A stretch of 64,000 nucleotides of DNA, taken from contig CAYXEH010000001.1 of the NCBI GenBank assembly GCA_964463915.1, forward strand, positions 67,293 to 131,292, given 5' to 3'. Source of the stretch: an uncultured Bacteroidales bacterium (lineage in GTDB: Bacteria > Bacteroidota > Bacteroidia > Bacteroidales > UBA7960). The notes below the pieces were generated by a model. It was not told the origin of the DNA and searched no databases. It saw nothing but the letters and a program-made list of their open reading frames with translations. The stretch's first letter is position 1. Every line of letters begins with the position of its first letter. Of the stretch, positions 46,117 to 56,645 are shown in pieces. Both the position numbers and the translations under genes were made by a program.

Positions 46117-47757
46117 ATGGGGCAGTTTGAAACGCTTGATTACGTCATCTTTGCTGTATATGGCATTGTTATTTTATCTGTGGGACTATGGGTTTCAAGA
46201 ACCAAAAAGGGACAGAAAAAAACCACCACTGACTATTTTTTGGCCAGCAAAAACCTGCCATGGTGGGCCATCGGCGCATCGCTCATCGCAGCAAACATTT
46301 CAGCCGAACAATTTCTCGGAATGTCGGGATCCGGATTTGCCATCGGGCTGGCCATTGCTTCCTATGAATGGATGGCCGCCCTGACACTGATCGTAGTGGC
46401 AAAATTCCTGCTGCCCATATTCATCAAACAAGGCTTGTTTACCATCCCCCAGTTCATTGAGCAACGTTTCAATACCAATCTGAAAACCATCCTGGCTGTT
46501 TTCTGGATTTGCCTGTTTATCTTCGTGAATCTCACTTCTGTGTTATTCCTGGGGGCCATTGCCCTGGACACCATTATCGGGAGCGGTGATGGATCCCTGA
46601 CCTTCGGATTCATCATCGGGCTGGCCCTGTTTGCTGCCGCATACTCCCTCTGGGGAGGGTTGTCGGCGGTGGCCTGGACAGATGTCATCCAGGTGACCCT
46701 GCTGGTTATCGGGGGGATGATCACCACCATGATCGCTCTGCACTATGTAACGCCCGACGGAGGTATCTTTAACGGGCTGAGTCACGTATACAGTTCAGCC
46801 GGAGAGAAATTTAATATGATTCTCTCGCGCGACCACCCTGAGTACATTAATTTGCCAGGGATCGGGGTACTCATCGGGGGGTTATGGGTGGCCAACCTGT
46901 ATTACTGGGGGTTTAACCAGTATATCATCCAGCGCGCCCTGGCAGCCAGATCATTGCGCGAAGCCCAGCGCGGACTGGCCTTTGCGGCATTCTTAAAAAT
47001 GCTGCTGCCCCTGTTCGTCGTCATCCCCGGAATTATTGTATATGTATTGTTCACCCAGCCGGAAGGCACCACGGTAATTGAAGGCATACAAAATGATTTC
47101 CTCCGGCCCGATGGGGGTATCCGGTATGACACCGCCTATCCATGGCTGATCCGCACTTTTATACCGGCAGGACTCAGGGGATTGGTAGTGGCCGCCCTGA
47201 CAGCCGCCATCGTGTCCTCCCTGGCATCCATGCTCAACTCCACCTCGACCATCTTCACCATGGACATCTATAAGCCATATTTTGCCGATAAAAAGGGAGA
47301 GCAAAACCTGGTACCTGTCGGACGCATTGCCGTGGTGGTCGCCCTGTTCATTGCCATTTTCATGGCGCCACTACTCAGCACCATGCCCCAGATGTTCCAG
47401 TACATTCAGGAATATACGGGGGTCGTCAGCCCGGGCATTCTGGGGGTATTCCTGATGGGCCTTTTCTGGAAAAAAGCCAACGCCAGAGGCGCCACAATCG
47501 GGGTGATCTCCTCCATCCCTGTAGCCGTTTTGCTGAAAATCCTGCCCATTGGAATGCCTTTTCTGGACCAGATGTTGTATACCTGCCTGATCACCATGGC
47601 AGTGATCGTTATGGTCAGTCTCACCACAGCCAGGGCAGATGATGATCCGAAAGCCATCCCGTTGAGACGGGAGTACTTCATCACTGGTAAGAAGTTCAAC
47701 ATTGCCGCTTACGTCATATTAACCCTTCTCGCTGTGTTATACATTGTTTTCTGGTAA
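46117..47757 (+). CDS. Sodium:solute symporter family (SGLT-like sodium/sugar cotransporter)
   Basis: About 14 TM segments. 'NISAEQFLGMSG' and 'ANLYYWGFNQYIIQRALAA' resemble SGLT/vSGLT. It lies upstream of galM-galK. A TAtaTTTG -7 box is at 46087-46094. Confidence 0.9.
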   Translation: MGQFETLDYVIFAVYGIVILSVGLWVSRTKKGQKKTTTDYFLASKNLPWWAIGASLIAANISAEQFLGMSGSGFAIGLAIASYEWMAALTLIVVAKFLLPIFIKQGLFTIPQFIEQRFNTNLKTILAVFWICLFIFVNLTSVLFLGAIALDTIIGSGDGSLTFGFIIGLALFAAAYSLWGGLSAVAWTDVIQVTLLVIGGMITTMIALHYVTPDGGIFNGLSHVYSSAGEKFNMILSRDHPEYINLPGIGVLIGGLWVANLYYWGFNQYIIQRALAARSLREAQRGLAFAAFLKMLLPLFVVIPGIIVYVLFTQPEGTTVIEGIQNDFLRPDGGIRYDTAYPWLIRTFIPAGLRGLVVAALTAAIVSSLASMLNSTSTIFTMDIYKPYFADKKGEQNLVPVGRIAVVVALFIAIFMAPLLSTMPQMFQYIQEYTGVVSPGILGVFLMGLFWKKANARGATIGVISSIPVAVLLKILPIGMPFLDQMLYTCLITMAVIVMVSLTTARADDDPKAIPLRREYFITGKKFNIAAYVILTLLAVLYIVFW

Positions 47758-47787
47758 CGATGGGAGCAAAACAACGGGTCCGAAATA

Positions 47788-48909
47788 ATGACGAAATATA
47801 AAATCATGGGATCACAACAACACATTGAACTGGCAGAAGGGACGCATTATCCGGATCCTGAAAAATTCTCTGCAACGATCAAGGGGAAGGCTGTCGGGCT
47901 GCTGTCCCTCACCAATAAAACCGGGTGCAGGGTGGATATCACCAATTACGGCGGCCGGATCGTAAGCCTCACCGTGCCGGATAAACATGGTATTTTTGAT
48001 GACATCGTGGCAGGATTCCATTCACTGGATGCATATCTTGACTCCACTGAAGCCTTTTTCGGGGCCCTGATCGGTCGCTATGCCAACCGGATCGCGGGCG
48101 GCAAATTCACCCTTGATGGCATGACTTATCATCTGGCTGTGAATAACGGGCCCAACCATCTGCACGGTGGCCCGGGCGGATTCCACCACATGGTGTGGGA
48201 TATGAAACAGCCAAACGACCAACAGGTGGAACTGAGTTGCCGGTCACCCCACATGCATGAAGGCTACCCGGGCAATCTGCAGGTTATTGTCCGTTACACC
48301 CTGACCGATCATAACGAACTACACATTGAATTCCGGGCCGCCACCGACCGGAAAACGGTCATCAATTTTACCACACATCCGTTTTTCAACCTTAACGGAG
48401 AAGGCAACGGGCACATCAATGACCATAACCTCAGGATCAGGGCCACCCACTTTATCCCTACAGACAAAACCATGATCCCTACCGGGGAGATCAGGCCGGT
48501 GAAACAAACCCCGATGGATTTCACCGGGTTTACCCCTATCGGGAAACGACTCGGCAGTCATTATGATCAGCTTGAATTCGCGGGAGGCTATGACCATAAT
48601 TATGTATTAAGCAACACACATGACAACCCACACCCTGAACTGGCTGCCACCGTATTTGACCCGGTCAGCGGCAGGGTCATGGAAGTACTGACCACAGAAC
48701 CCGGACTGCAGTTTTACGGGGGCAACTCCCTGGATGGAAGCCAGTTGGGAAAGCGGGGAAACCCTTACAAGAAGCAAACTTCCTTTTGCCTGGAGCCACA
48801 ACATTATCCCGACTCACCCAACCAACCAGGTTTCCCGTCCACTATATTACAAGCCGGAGACACATACACCTCCCACGCTGTTTTCAGGTTTTCAGTGGGG
48901 GATCACTAA
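47788..48909 (+). CDS. galM: Aldose 1-epimerase (galactose mutarotase)
   Basis: 'GRYANRIAGGKF', 'NNGPNHLHGG', 'HPFFNL' and 'CLEPQHYPDSPN' motifs. Confidence 0.9.
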   Translation: MTKYKIMGSQQHIELAEGTHYPDPEKFSATIKGKAVGLLSLTNKTGCRVDITNYGGRIVSLTVPDKHGIFDDIVAGFHSLDAYLDSTEAFFGALIGRYANRIAGGKFTLDGMTYHLAVNNGPNHLHGGPGGFHHMVWDMKQPNDQQVELSCRSPHMHEGYPGNLQVIVRYTLTDHNELHIEFRAATDRKTVINFTTHPFFNLNGEGNGHINDHNLRIRATHFIPTDKTMIPTGEIRPVKQTPMDFTGFTPIGKRLGSHYDQLEFAGGYDHNYVLSNTHDNPHPELAATVFDPVSGRVMEVLTTEPGLQFYGGNSLDGSQLGKRGNPYKKQTSFCLEPQHYPDSPNQPGFPSTILQAGDTYTSHAVFRFSVGDH

Positions 48910-49003
48910 TTACCCGGGCACTGCCCCATTGCGCTTCAAAGCATTCAACAGAAAAAGCAGCAACGATCAGTGAAATCTCTTAAATGACAGAAGACAGGCA
49001 TTT

Positions 49004-50152
49004 ATGAATGAAACGAATGTAAGACAATTCTTTCAAAGCAAATATGGCAAAGATTACCACTTCTTCCGGGCACCCGGGAGAATTAACCTCATCGGGGAAC
49101 ACACCGATTATAACCTGGGTTATGTGTTGCCTGCTGCCATCAATAAATACATCTACCTGGCTATCCAACCCAACGAGACAGCTACGTTTCACATCCAGGC
49201 TGCAGATTTGAAAGAAAATGTTTCTTTTGACACGAGTTTCCATAAAGACACCCTTCCCGCCTGGGCCAGGTATCCGGCCGGTGTGATCAGAGAGTTGTCG
49301 AACCAGGGGTATCATCTGAAAGGTTTCAACGCCGTTTTTGGCGGAGACATTCCTACCGGAGCCGGCCTGTCTTCTTCAGCCGCCCTGGAAAGTGCATTTG
49401 CCCTGGCCCTGAATTACATGAATAACCTGAAATTAACGCGGATCGAACTCGCCAGGACCGGGCAGCAGGCGGAACACCACACGGCAGGTGTCAGATGCGG
49501 GATCATGGATCAATTCGCCTCCGTTTTCGGAAAGGCCAACCAGCTGATTCGCCTCGACTGCCGGAATCTGAGCCATACATATTTCCCTTTCGAGAGTATA
49601 AACCATACGCTCCTTTTGGTCAATACCGGGGTTCGTCATGCCCTGGCAGAATCTGCTTACAATGAAAGACGCGGACAATGTGAAAAAGGCGTACGTGTAT
49701 TGGCAGAAAGATTTCCGGGAGTCGAAAGTTTACGGGATGTCAGCAGGGAAATGCTCCGTATAGCAGAAATAGATCTGGATCCCCTGGTATTAAAGCGCTG
49801 CGAGTTCGTGGCGGAGGAGAACGAAAGAGTGATCCGCACCTGTGAGGCACTTGAGAAGGGCGACATGGTTAAAACCGGGAAGTTCATGTGGGATTCCCAT
49901 GAGGGACTCCGGAACAAATATGAGGTAAGTTGCCGGGAGTTGGATTTTCTGGTGGCAAACGCCGGAAGCATCTCCGGGGTCAGGGGGGCAAGAATGATGG
50001 GAGGCGGTTTTGGGGGTTGCACCATCAACCTGCTTGAAACCCGTTATATAGATTTATTCAAGCAGGTAACTTCGGAAAAATTTCATAATCAGTTTCAACG
50101 CTGCCCGGAATTCTATGAGGTAACCTTAGCCGACGGAGCAACACCAAAATAA
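49004..50152 (+). CDS. galK: Galactokinase
   Basis: Galactokinase signature 'GRINLIGEHTDYN'. GHMP ATP motif 'PTGAGLSSSAALE'. 'GARMMGGGFGGC'. Confidence 0.95.
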   Translation: MNETNVRQFFQSKYGKDYHFFRAPGRINLIGEHTDYNLGYVLPAAINKYIYLAIQPNETATFHIQAADLKENVSFDTSFHKDTLPAWARYPAGVIRELSNQGYHLKGFNAVFGGDIPTGAGLSSSAALESAFALALNYMNNLKLTRIELARTGQQAEHHTAGVRCGIMDQFASVFGKANQLIRLDCRNLSHTYFPFESINHTLLLVNTGVRHALAESAYNERRGQCEKGVRVLAERFPGVESLRDVSREMLRIAEIDLDPLVLKRCEFVAEENERVIRTCEALEKGDMVKTGKFMWDSHEGLRNKYEVSCRELDFLVANAGSISGVRGARMMGGGFGGCTINLLETRYIDLFKQVTSEKFHNQFQRCPEFYEVTLADGATPK

Positions 50153-50227
50153 AATTTAGTAACTTAGGGTTAAATTGACCGATTCTTCTTTTATAACCAA
50201 AAATATAGATATATAAATTACCCGGGT

Positions 50228-51277
50228 ATGCAAGCCTTACAGAAAACCAATCAAATCCTCTTATTTATTCTGCTTTTTTTTGTGCTCCTGTATTTTGGAT
50301 CACCTTACCTGGTTCCCTTTGTTTTCGGGGTATTTTTTGCTTCATTAATGACCCCTTTTTCAAATATGCTTGAACGGGTCCGGATACCCCGGGTATTTTC
50401 ATCTCTGCTCAGCACCCTGATGATCTTCATCATTGTGGGAAGTATTCTTTATATCCTGATGAAACAGGTCAGCATATTTGTTTCGGATATATCCTTTTTC
50501 AAAGAAGAAGTACAGATGTTCATTGAGAACATTCAGGACCGGATTAAAACCGCCACAGGGCTCACCCTGGACAGACAACAAAAGATATGGGAAAACAGAT
50601 CAGCAGATATCATAAACAGCATTGAGAACAGTCTCAGCGGCTTTTTGGGTAACTTTTTCAACACCATGGCTGGTTTTTTACTGGTTTTGGTATATATGTT
50701 CCTTCTTTTGTATTACAGGAGCAGGTTTGTAGAGTTCGTAACGGGATTCATAAAAAAGGATCAGGAAAAAGAAACCGCTGATGCGATAAGGAAGACCAGC
50801 AGGGTTGTCCATCACTATCTGTTTGGCAGGGCAAAAGTAATGGCATTACTAAGTATCATGTATTACATTACTTTTTTGATCTTTGATATCCCTTATGCGG
50901 GTTTTTTAACAATCTTCGGAGCCTTAATCACCATCATTCCCTACCTGGGTCCATTCGTCAGTGGTGTGCTTCCCATAATATTCAGCATAATATATTTACA
51001 GGAATTGCAGGTCATCCTGTTGTTCGCGGTCATCATCTTCATTGAACAAATGATTGAAAGCTATGTATTTGAGCCTTTGATTATTGGTAGCGAAGTTAAG
51101 ATTAATCCCCTGTTTGTGATCATTGCCGTCCTGCTGGGCGGCATGGTTTGGGGATTGGCGGGAATGGTCCTTTTTGTACCCATGTTTGCAATTGCAAAAA
51201 TAATTTCAACCCATGTACAGGGGCTTCAGCCTTTTGGCCGACTTCTGGGCCCTTCCAATCAATCTGTAAATGACTGA
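50228..51277 (+). CDS. AI-2E family transporter (PerM/YhhT-like permease)
   Basis: About 8 TM helices, 349 aa, and the conserved C-terminal pattern 'EQMIESYVFEPLIIGSEVKINPL...GMVLFVP'. Confidence 0.8.
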   Translation: MQALQKTNQILLFILLFFVLLYFGSPYLVPFVFGVFFASLMTPFSNMLERVRIPRVFSSLLSTLMIFIIVGSILYILMKQVSIFVSDISFFKEEVQMFIENIQDRIKTATGLTLDRQQKIWENRSADIINSIENSLSGFLGNFFNTMAGFLLVLVYMFLLLYYRSRFVEFVTGFIKKDQEKETADAIRKTSRVVHHYLFGRAKVMALLSIMYYITFLIFDIPYAGFLTIFGALITIIPYLGPFVSGVLPIIFSIIYLQELQVILLFAVIIFIEQMIESYVFEPLIIGSEVKINPLFVIIAVLLGGMVWGLAGMVLFVPMFAIAKIISTHVQGLQPFGRLLGPSNQSVND

Positions 51278-51341
51278 TAAGAAAGTTATATGTTTCAATT
51301 TTATTTGACCAGCATGAAATCGCACTAATTTTTTATGACAA

Positions 51342-51851
51342 ATGCAAGATAACGTACGAATCAGAGAAGTAACCAATAAAGACAATGAAGCACTGGCCGG
51401 CATCATCAGGGATGCCTTTGATGAGCATGGTGCACCACAAACAGGAACGGTATATTCAGACCCTACCACGGATGACTTGTTCAGTCTTTTTCAGCGACCG
51501 GATGCAGTATTGTATGTAGCGGAGGTTGGCAATCAGATAAAAGGCTGTTGCGGAATTTATCCAACCAATGGTCTGGAGCCCGGTTATGCAGAGTTGGTCA
51601 AATTCTACCTGATGGCCGACAGCAGGGGAAAAGGGCTGGGCAGAATGCTTATGGAGCGCAGTATAGAAGCAGCTATTCACCTGGGTTATCAATATCTGTA
51701 CATTGAGAGCCTGCCAGAGTTTTCAAAAGCAGTGAATATGTACCAGAAGCTTGGATTTGAAATGCTTTCCAATCCACTGGGTGAATCCGGGCATCCTACC
51801 TGTACCATCTGGATGCTCAAAAAGCTGACCAGGGCAGCTGGCAACAATTAA
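51342..51851 (+). CDS. GNAT-family N-acetyltransferase
   Basis: 'RGKGLGRMLMERSIEAA' acetyl-CoA binding motif (Q/RxxGxG/A). Size of 169 aa. Confidence 0.85.
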   Translation: MQDNVRIREVTNKDNEALAGIIRDAFDEHGAPQTGTVYSDPTTDDLFSLFQRPDAVLYVAEVGNQIKGCCGIYPTNGLEPGYAELVKFYLMADSRGKGLGRMLMERSIEAAIHLGYQYLYIESLPEFSKAVNMYQKLGFEMLSNPLGESGHPTCTIWMLKKLTRAAGNN

Positions 51852-51945
51852 GCGGGCCCGGCATCATCAGGCCAACTTATGCTTAATTGAATGTCAAAAG
51901 ATATGCGCCAGCCGATAAAATAGAAGAGTAAACAAGCAGACAATT

Positions 51946-53652
51946 ATGCACTACACCAGAATTGTATTAAGTGGAAAGTACCAGGAGATTGGCTCCCAGG
52001 TAATGAGGCTGACGAAGCCTGCACCAGCACTGATCTTCAGGTTTGATCTTTTTTATGAAAAAGTTGAGCAGATTTTACGGACACGTTCTATCCGCCGCGT
52101 ACTTGTTGAACGGCGTAAAGGGTTTTCTGCCCCGGCTTTCGGCGGACTGGAAGAGATCCGTGCAGGAATTGAGCGATTGAGAAAAGCCGGAAAAGAGATT
52201 TATTATTATGCCGCAGAATATGAGACTTCGGACATTGTGCTTTCGGCTGCCTGCAACCACAGGATAATGCACCCACTGGGTCAACTGTCTTTCCGGGGGA
52301 TGGCAATGCCTTCCCTTTTTTTTAAGAACTTTCTTGACAAACATGACATAGATGTCACCATAATACGACGCGGGAAATACAAGGGTGCGGCAGACCGCCT
52401 GAGAACAGAAAAATTCGATGATTATTCCCGGGAACAGTACCAGGCCTTAATGACAGGGGTCGTGTCTGCCATGCGAAAAGCAGCTGCAACTCCCGCCGGT
52501 GGCCAAAAGCAAGGTGGGTTTTCTGAAGAAATACTGGATAAAATGTTGGAGGGACGCATTTATACAGCAACAGAAGCCCTGGAAAACAAAATGGTGGATC
52601 AACTAACCACCCTCTATGGTCTTATTGATAAATGGAAGAGGAAAAAAATCAGGGAAAGACCCGGGATAAAGTTTTTCCGATTTCGTTCCGGATCACGCCT
52701 GGCAATATTGGTTCTTGAAGGCATGATCGCAGACGGAGCTAATCGCAACCACCCTCTTTTTGGACAGGTAACCGGGGACAGCCAAATGATCAAAAGAATC
52801 CGCGCCCTTCGCAGAAACAAGCGTGTAAAAGGGGTGGTATTCAGAATTAACAGCAGTGGGGGGGCTCCTACCGCAAGCGAAAACATTCTGAAAGAGCTTG
52901 CCGCCCTGCATAGGGAAAAACCTCTTGTGATCTCCATGGGTCCCGTCGCCGGGAGTGGTGGTTACTGGCTCTCAACCACCGGTCGGCGGCTTTTTGCACT
53001 TCCCACAACCCTGACAGGGTCGATCGGCGTCATCACCCTTTTCTTCAACCTGGCGGGTTTACTAAAAAAACACGGAATCACAACCGACTGTATCAAAGAA
53101 GGGAATTCAGCAGATATGGGATCCGCTTTCCGTCCGCTCACCGACAAAGAGCACAGCACCATTAACCATACCGTAGATTTTCTTTACCAGGCTTTTATTG
53201 ACAGGGTCGCAGGAAGCCGTAAAATGACCAGGGAAACAATCCATGAGCTGGGACAAGGTCGTTTATGGCTCGGGATCGAGGCGGTCCAACACAAACTTGT
53301 GGACCAGACCGGAGGCCTGCATGATGCAATCAACCACCTGAAGGACATCCTCAACGTTAAAAGGGTAAAACTTCAATTTCAACCACGTCAGCCTTTAATA
53401 ATGCGGATTATGGGCAAGCGTTCTGCCGCAGCAGCAGAAAAAGTATTATCGGCAAATTTCCTATGGAAGGAGGAAACAGACAATGCTCCGGGGTTCCCTT
53501 TTTTACCAAACGCCGAGACCCTCTCAAATGAACTGAATATCTCTCTTTCCCTGGCCCAGGCTTGCCTCTCGGTTCATGGCCGTTTACTTCTACATGACCC
53601 TTTACTGACCCAACTTTTTTACGGCATTCACAATTCCGGTAATCAGCGTTAA
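51946..53652 (+). CDS. sppA: Signal peptide peptidase SppA, 67K type (S49 family, two tandem domains)
   Basis: Two ClpP/crotonase-like halves. The catalytic Ser region is 'GPVAGSGGYWLS'. Size of 568 aa. No clear N-terminal TM helix is seen from the called start. Confidence 0.8.
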   Translation: MHYTRIVLSGKYQEIGSQVMRLTKPAPALIFRFDLFYEKVEQILRTRSIRRVLVERRKGFSAPAFGGLEEIRAGIERLRKAGKEIYYYAAEYETSDIVLSAACNHRIMHPLGQLSFRGMAMPSLFFKNFLDKHDIDVTIIRRGKYKGAADRLRTEKFDDYSREQYQALMTGVVSAMRKAAATPAGGQKQGGFSEEILDKMLEGRIYTATEALENKMVDQLTTLYGLIDKWKRKKIRERPGIKFFRFRSGSRLAILVLEGMIADGANRNHPLFGQVTGDSQMIKRIRALRRNKRVKGVVFRINSSGGAPTASENILKELAALHREKPLVISMGPVAGSGGYWLSTTGRRLFALPTTLTGSIGVITLFFNLAGLLKKHGITTDCIKEGNSADMGSAFRPLTDKEHSTINHTVDFLYQAFIDRVAGSRKMTRETIHELGQGRLWLGIEAVQHKLVDQTGGLHDAINHLKDILNVKRVKLQFQPRQPLIMRIMGKRSAAAAEKVLSANFLWKEETDNAPGFPFLPNAETLSNELNISLSLAQACLSVHGRLLLHDPLLTQLFYGIHNSGNQR

Positions 53653-54587
53653 TGGGTATGAGCCCCCTTGCTTCTATGAGACAAAGCACAATTATAATGA
53701 TCATAGGATTTGTACTCCTCTGGAACTCCGGTTTCATCGGTGCAGAGGTTGGCTTATCCTATTCCGGTCCTTTCAGCCTGCTTTTCTGGCGCTACCTGGG
53801 ACTGACGCTGCTCCTCCTGATTTACCTACTGGCAAGGAAACGATTAAGATGGGTAGGATGGTCTGCAGCAGCTCCAAATATGCTCGTTGGTGTACTTGCT
53901 CATGGTGGTTGGCTGAGCTGCGTTTTGTTGGCCCAGTATTGTGGTGTACCACCAGGGATTGTTGCACTCGTAGTCGCCCTGCAGCCCATGACAACCGGTG
54001 CCTTTTCCGGGCTTGCAGTGGGTGAACCAACACCAATTTTCAGATGGATTGGCCTGGCGATTGGATTTGGCGGGGTGGTCATGACCGTTGTTTCAAGAAT
54101 AAATTTTGAAAGCACCGAGTCAATATTCGCTTATTTAATTCCCCTGGGATCGGTGATTTCAATCACGATTGCCAGTCTGATCCAAAGAAGAATGGATATT
54201 CATCATACTTCCGGTCGCCTGCCTGTTGACCTCACCCTCTTTTATCAGTCCCTGGCGACTACCCTGGCAATTACCTTACCGGTCCTGGCATTTGATGGGT
54301 CAACCACACAATGGGAAAACACCTTCATCTTTACCATGATTTGGCTCGTGATTGGTGTTTCTTTGGGTGCGTATACCCTGATGTGGGAACTTATCGAACG
54401 AATGGACGCCACACGCGTGGCAAGCCTGTTTTACCTTGGCCCCCCCATTACCATGTTAATGGCCTGGATAGCCTTCGGCGACACCTTAAAGGTGATGGAT
54501 GTCGCAGGCCTGCTGGTAGTATTTACAGGTGTTCTGATGACGCAGATAAAACCGGCATCTTTACGAAAAATAAACACCCATAAATAG
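53652..54587 (+). CDS. DMT-superfamily (EamA-like) transporter
   Basis: 10 hydrophobic helices forming two EamA-like halves. Its ATG overlaps the sppA stop (TAATG). Confidence 0.8.
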   Translation: MGMSPLASMRQSTIIMIIGFVLLWNSGFIGAEVGLSYSGPFSLLFWRYLGLTLLLLIYLLARKRLRWVGWSAAAPNMLVGVLAHGGWLSCVLLAQYCGVPPGIVALVVALQPMTTGAFSGLAVGEPTPIFRWIGLAIGFGGVVMTVVSRINFESTESIFAYLIPLGSVISITIASLIQRRMDIHHTSGRLPVDLTLFYQSLATTLAITLPVLAFDGSTTQWENTFIFTMIWLVIGVSLGAYTLMWELIERMDATRVASLFYLGPPITMLMAWIAFGDTLKVMDVAGLLVVFTGVLMTQIKPASLRKINTHK

Positions 54588-54594
54588 CAAGTAA

Positions 54595-55296
54595 ATGATT
54601 AACCCTGAAATTATCGCGGCATTCACAGGACTGGCAACTGTAATTATATGGCTCTTTTACCTGAATATATTCTGGCACGAGCACCAGCGAAACCGTCGAC
54701 CTTTTCTATTGATTCATCACGCAACCGCACAAGATCCTGAAGCAAGCTGTATGATCGTGAATATGAGCAAAGAAGCTGTACACATACAATGTGTAATTGT
54801 TACGCTTGAACAAGCGAAGGGATACTCCAGGCATTATCTGACCGGCTACAGCCGTATTAATCCGCAGGAGGAAGTCAGTCAACCCAGCCTGCGTGAGGGC
54901 CCCCTTATGCCAGGAGGATATATTATATTGGGTACTTTTACAGACCTTTTGCTCGGGCGCGATATTGGACTTGAAAAAGACCAACACAAAGACAGGCTCC
55001 GTCAATTTCCGGATATCCGACAATTAAAAAACATAAAATCCATGGAAATTTGTGTGGCAGTTACCCATGGACAAACTGCGAATCCCATCGGGGCACGCCG
55101 GGCTTTTTTCGTGGAAAAACATAATAATGAGATCAAAATCAGGTCTTATAGCATTTATACAGAACAACTTATCAAACGAAAGAAGCGGAAAATCGTAAAG
55201 GAATGGGTAGAACAAAGGCTTGAACCCAAGCTGCGGGGTGACAATCAAAACGAACAGACCCTGCAAACACAGGGTGAAACATCAAGAGATAAATAG
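54595..55296 (+). CDS. Hypothetical protein with one N-terminal TM helix and a Lys/Arg-rich C-terminus
   Basis: The ORF starts 7 nt after the DMT gene. 'IIAAFTGLATVIIWLFYLNIFW' is a TM helix. I recognise no family. Confidence 0.55.
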   Translation: MINPEIIAAFTGLATVIIWLFYLNIFWHEHQRNRRPFLLIHHATAQDPEASCMIVNMSKEAVHIQCVIVTLEQAKGYSRHYLTGYSRINPQEEVSQPSLREGPLMPGGYIILGTFTDLLLGRDIGLEKDQHKDRLRQFPDIRQLKNIKSMEICVAVTHGQTANPIGARRAFFVEKHNNEIKIRSYSIYTEQLIKRKKRKIVKEWVEQRLEPKLRGDNQNEQTLQTQGETSRDK

Positions 55297-55303
55297 CGTC
55301 AAT

Positions 55304-55353
55304 ATACTTTTAACCCGGCAATCTCCGGGAAGGAGCTACCGGGTTAAAAGTAT
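55304..55353. terminator. 15-bp perfect inverted repeat between convergent genes (bidirectional terminator-like hairpin)
   Basis: ATACTTTTAACCCGG (55304-55318) pairs with CCGGGTTAAAAGTAT (55339-55353). The 20-nt loop contains a CTCC/GGAG mini-stem. There is no strong U-tract. Confidence 0.5.
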
Positions 55354-55365
55354 ACAATTGATCAA

Positions 55366-56031
55366 TCAGCCTACGCTAATCTCATCCACCACATCCACTA
55401 CCCCGGTGGTAAAAGCTGCGATATTCAAAGCTTCTCTTTTCATCGCATAAAAGGGCACATTGCCGCTCAGGTGTGCCATTCCATTATTGACACTGACCCG
55501 TACTGCATTGTCATCCACCAATGCGCTACGCTGAAAGGCTTTCCTTATATCTTCCTCCACCTCAATATCAATGGCAGACATTTTGGGTATAACTTTCAAA
55601 CGGTTATCGACACGGATAACCCCGGTGGAAGAAATGGCAATATCCTCTGCAAGGTTTTTCTCCCAGAAGCTATCTACCGTTCCTGTGAGCGCAACAACAC
55701 CATCAATACAGTCAACCAGGATTCCATCTGCATTAAGTTGGTCGTTCCACAGTAATTTAGACTTCACGTTGGCGGCAATCTCATCATCTCCTGGCAACCC
55801 CACTTCAGGAGGAAATTCCACTTCCAGCAAATTATCCACGTGAGTAATTCCGGGAACCAAAAAAGCCTCCCTTTCAGCAGTTAGTTTCTCAGTGTAGCTG
55901 GGAACACTGCCTTCCAGAATGGCCAGGTTGCCCTCCACTGTAACGTGAATGTTGGAAGCATTCACACTGTCGTTCCATACCAACTGGTCAATAATTTCCA
56001 ATTTTTTGGTTTCGTCTGCTGCTGGATCCAT
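55366..56031 (-). CDS. BON-domain protein (three BON repeats, OsmY-like)
   Basis: Three repeats with the pattern '...I.V.V..G...L.G.V.S...K..AE..A....GV..V.N.L.V'. Confidence 0.85.
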   Translation of the reverse strand: MDPAADETKKLEIIDQLVWNDSVNASNIHVTVEGNLAILEGSVPSYTEKLTAEREAFLVPGITHVDNLLEVEFPPEVGLPGDDEIAANVKSKLLWNDQLNADGILVDCIDGVVALTGTVDSFWEKNLAEDIAISSTGVIRVDNRLKVIPKMSAIDIEVEEDIRKAFQRSALVDDNAVRVSVNNGMAHLSGNVPFYAMKREALNIAAFTTGVVDVVDEISVG

Positions 56032-56063
56032 AGTAAATCAATTTTAGGATTTGAGACATCATT

Positions 56064-56531
56064 TTATGAAGACATTCTATATGTACCCATATATTCGGCC
56101 TGGTCTAACATAAGTCCGTTAATGGCCTCATGGAAATCTTCTCCGTTTTGAATAGATTCCGGCGGAAGCTTCTTTTTCAGCGCATAAATCCGGAAATAAT
56201 ACCGGTGCTCCTCCCCTTTTGGCGGGCATGGACCACCGTATCCGATCTTGCCAAAGTCGTTTTTGGCCTGAATACCTCCATTGTCAAGATTCTTTTCAAT
56301 GGGGGTAATTTTCTCCAGTCTATGGCAGCCGGCAGGTAAGTTGTACACTATCCAATGGGTAAATGTTCCACCTGGTGCGTCAGGATCTTCCATGATCAGG
56401 GCGAAAGTGACGGTTCCTTCTGGTTCGCCATCCCAATGCAAAGGGGGAGAAACATCGTCTCCCTCACATGAATGGACGACAGGGATTTTTACTCCTTCTT
56501 CAAAAGCAGGGCTGGAAATATTAAATGCCAT
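56064..56531 (-). CDS. YbhB/YbcL-family PEBP (Raf-kinase-inhibitor-like) protein
   Basis: 'MEDPDAPGGTFTHWIVYN' and 'GYGGPCPPKGEEHRYYFRIYAL'. Confidence 0.9.
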   Translation of the reverse strand: MAFNISSPAFEEGVKIPVVHSCEGDDVSPPLHWDGEPEGTVTFALIMEDPDAPGGTFTHWIVYNLPAGCHRLEKITPIEKNLDNGGIQAKNDFGKIGYGGPCPPKGEEHRYYFRIYALKKKLPPESIQNGEDFHEAINGLMLDQAEYMGTYRMSS

Positions 56532-56645
56532 AAATACCTCCTGTTTTTTTGTAATTAAAATATATTGAATTAAGTGATACGTAAATATGCAGTCTTGTCT
56601 GACAGGGAAAGACCTGTACTACAGACTTCCATAACAAGATCTTTT

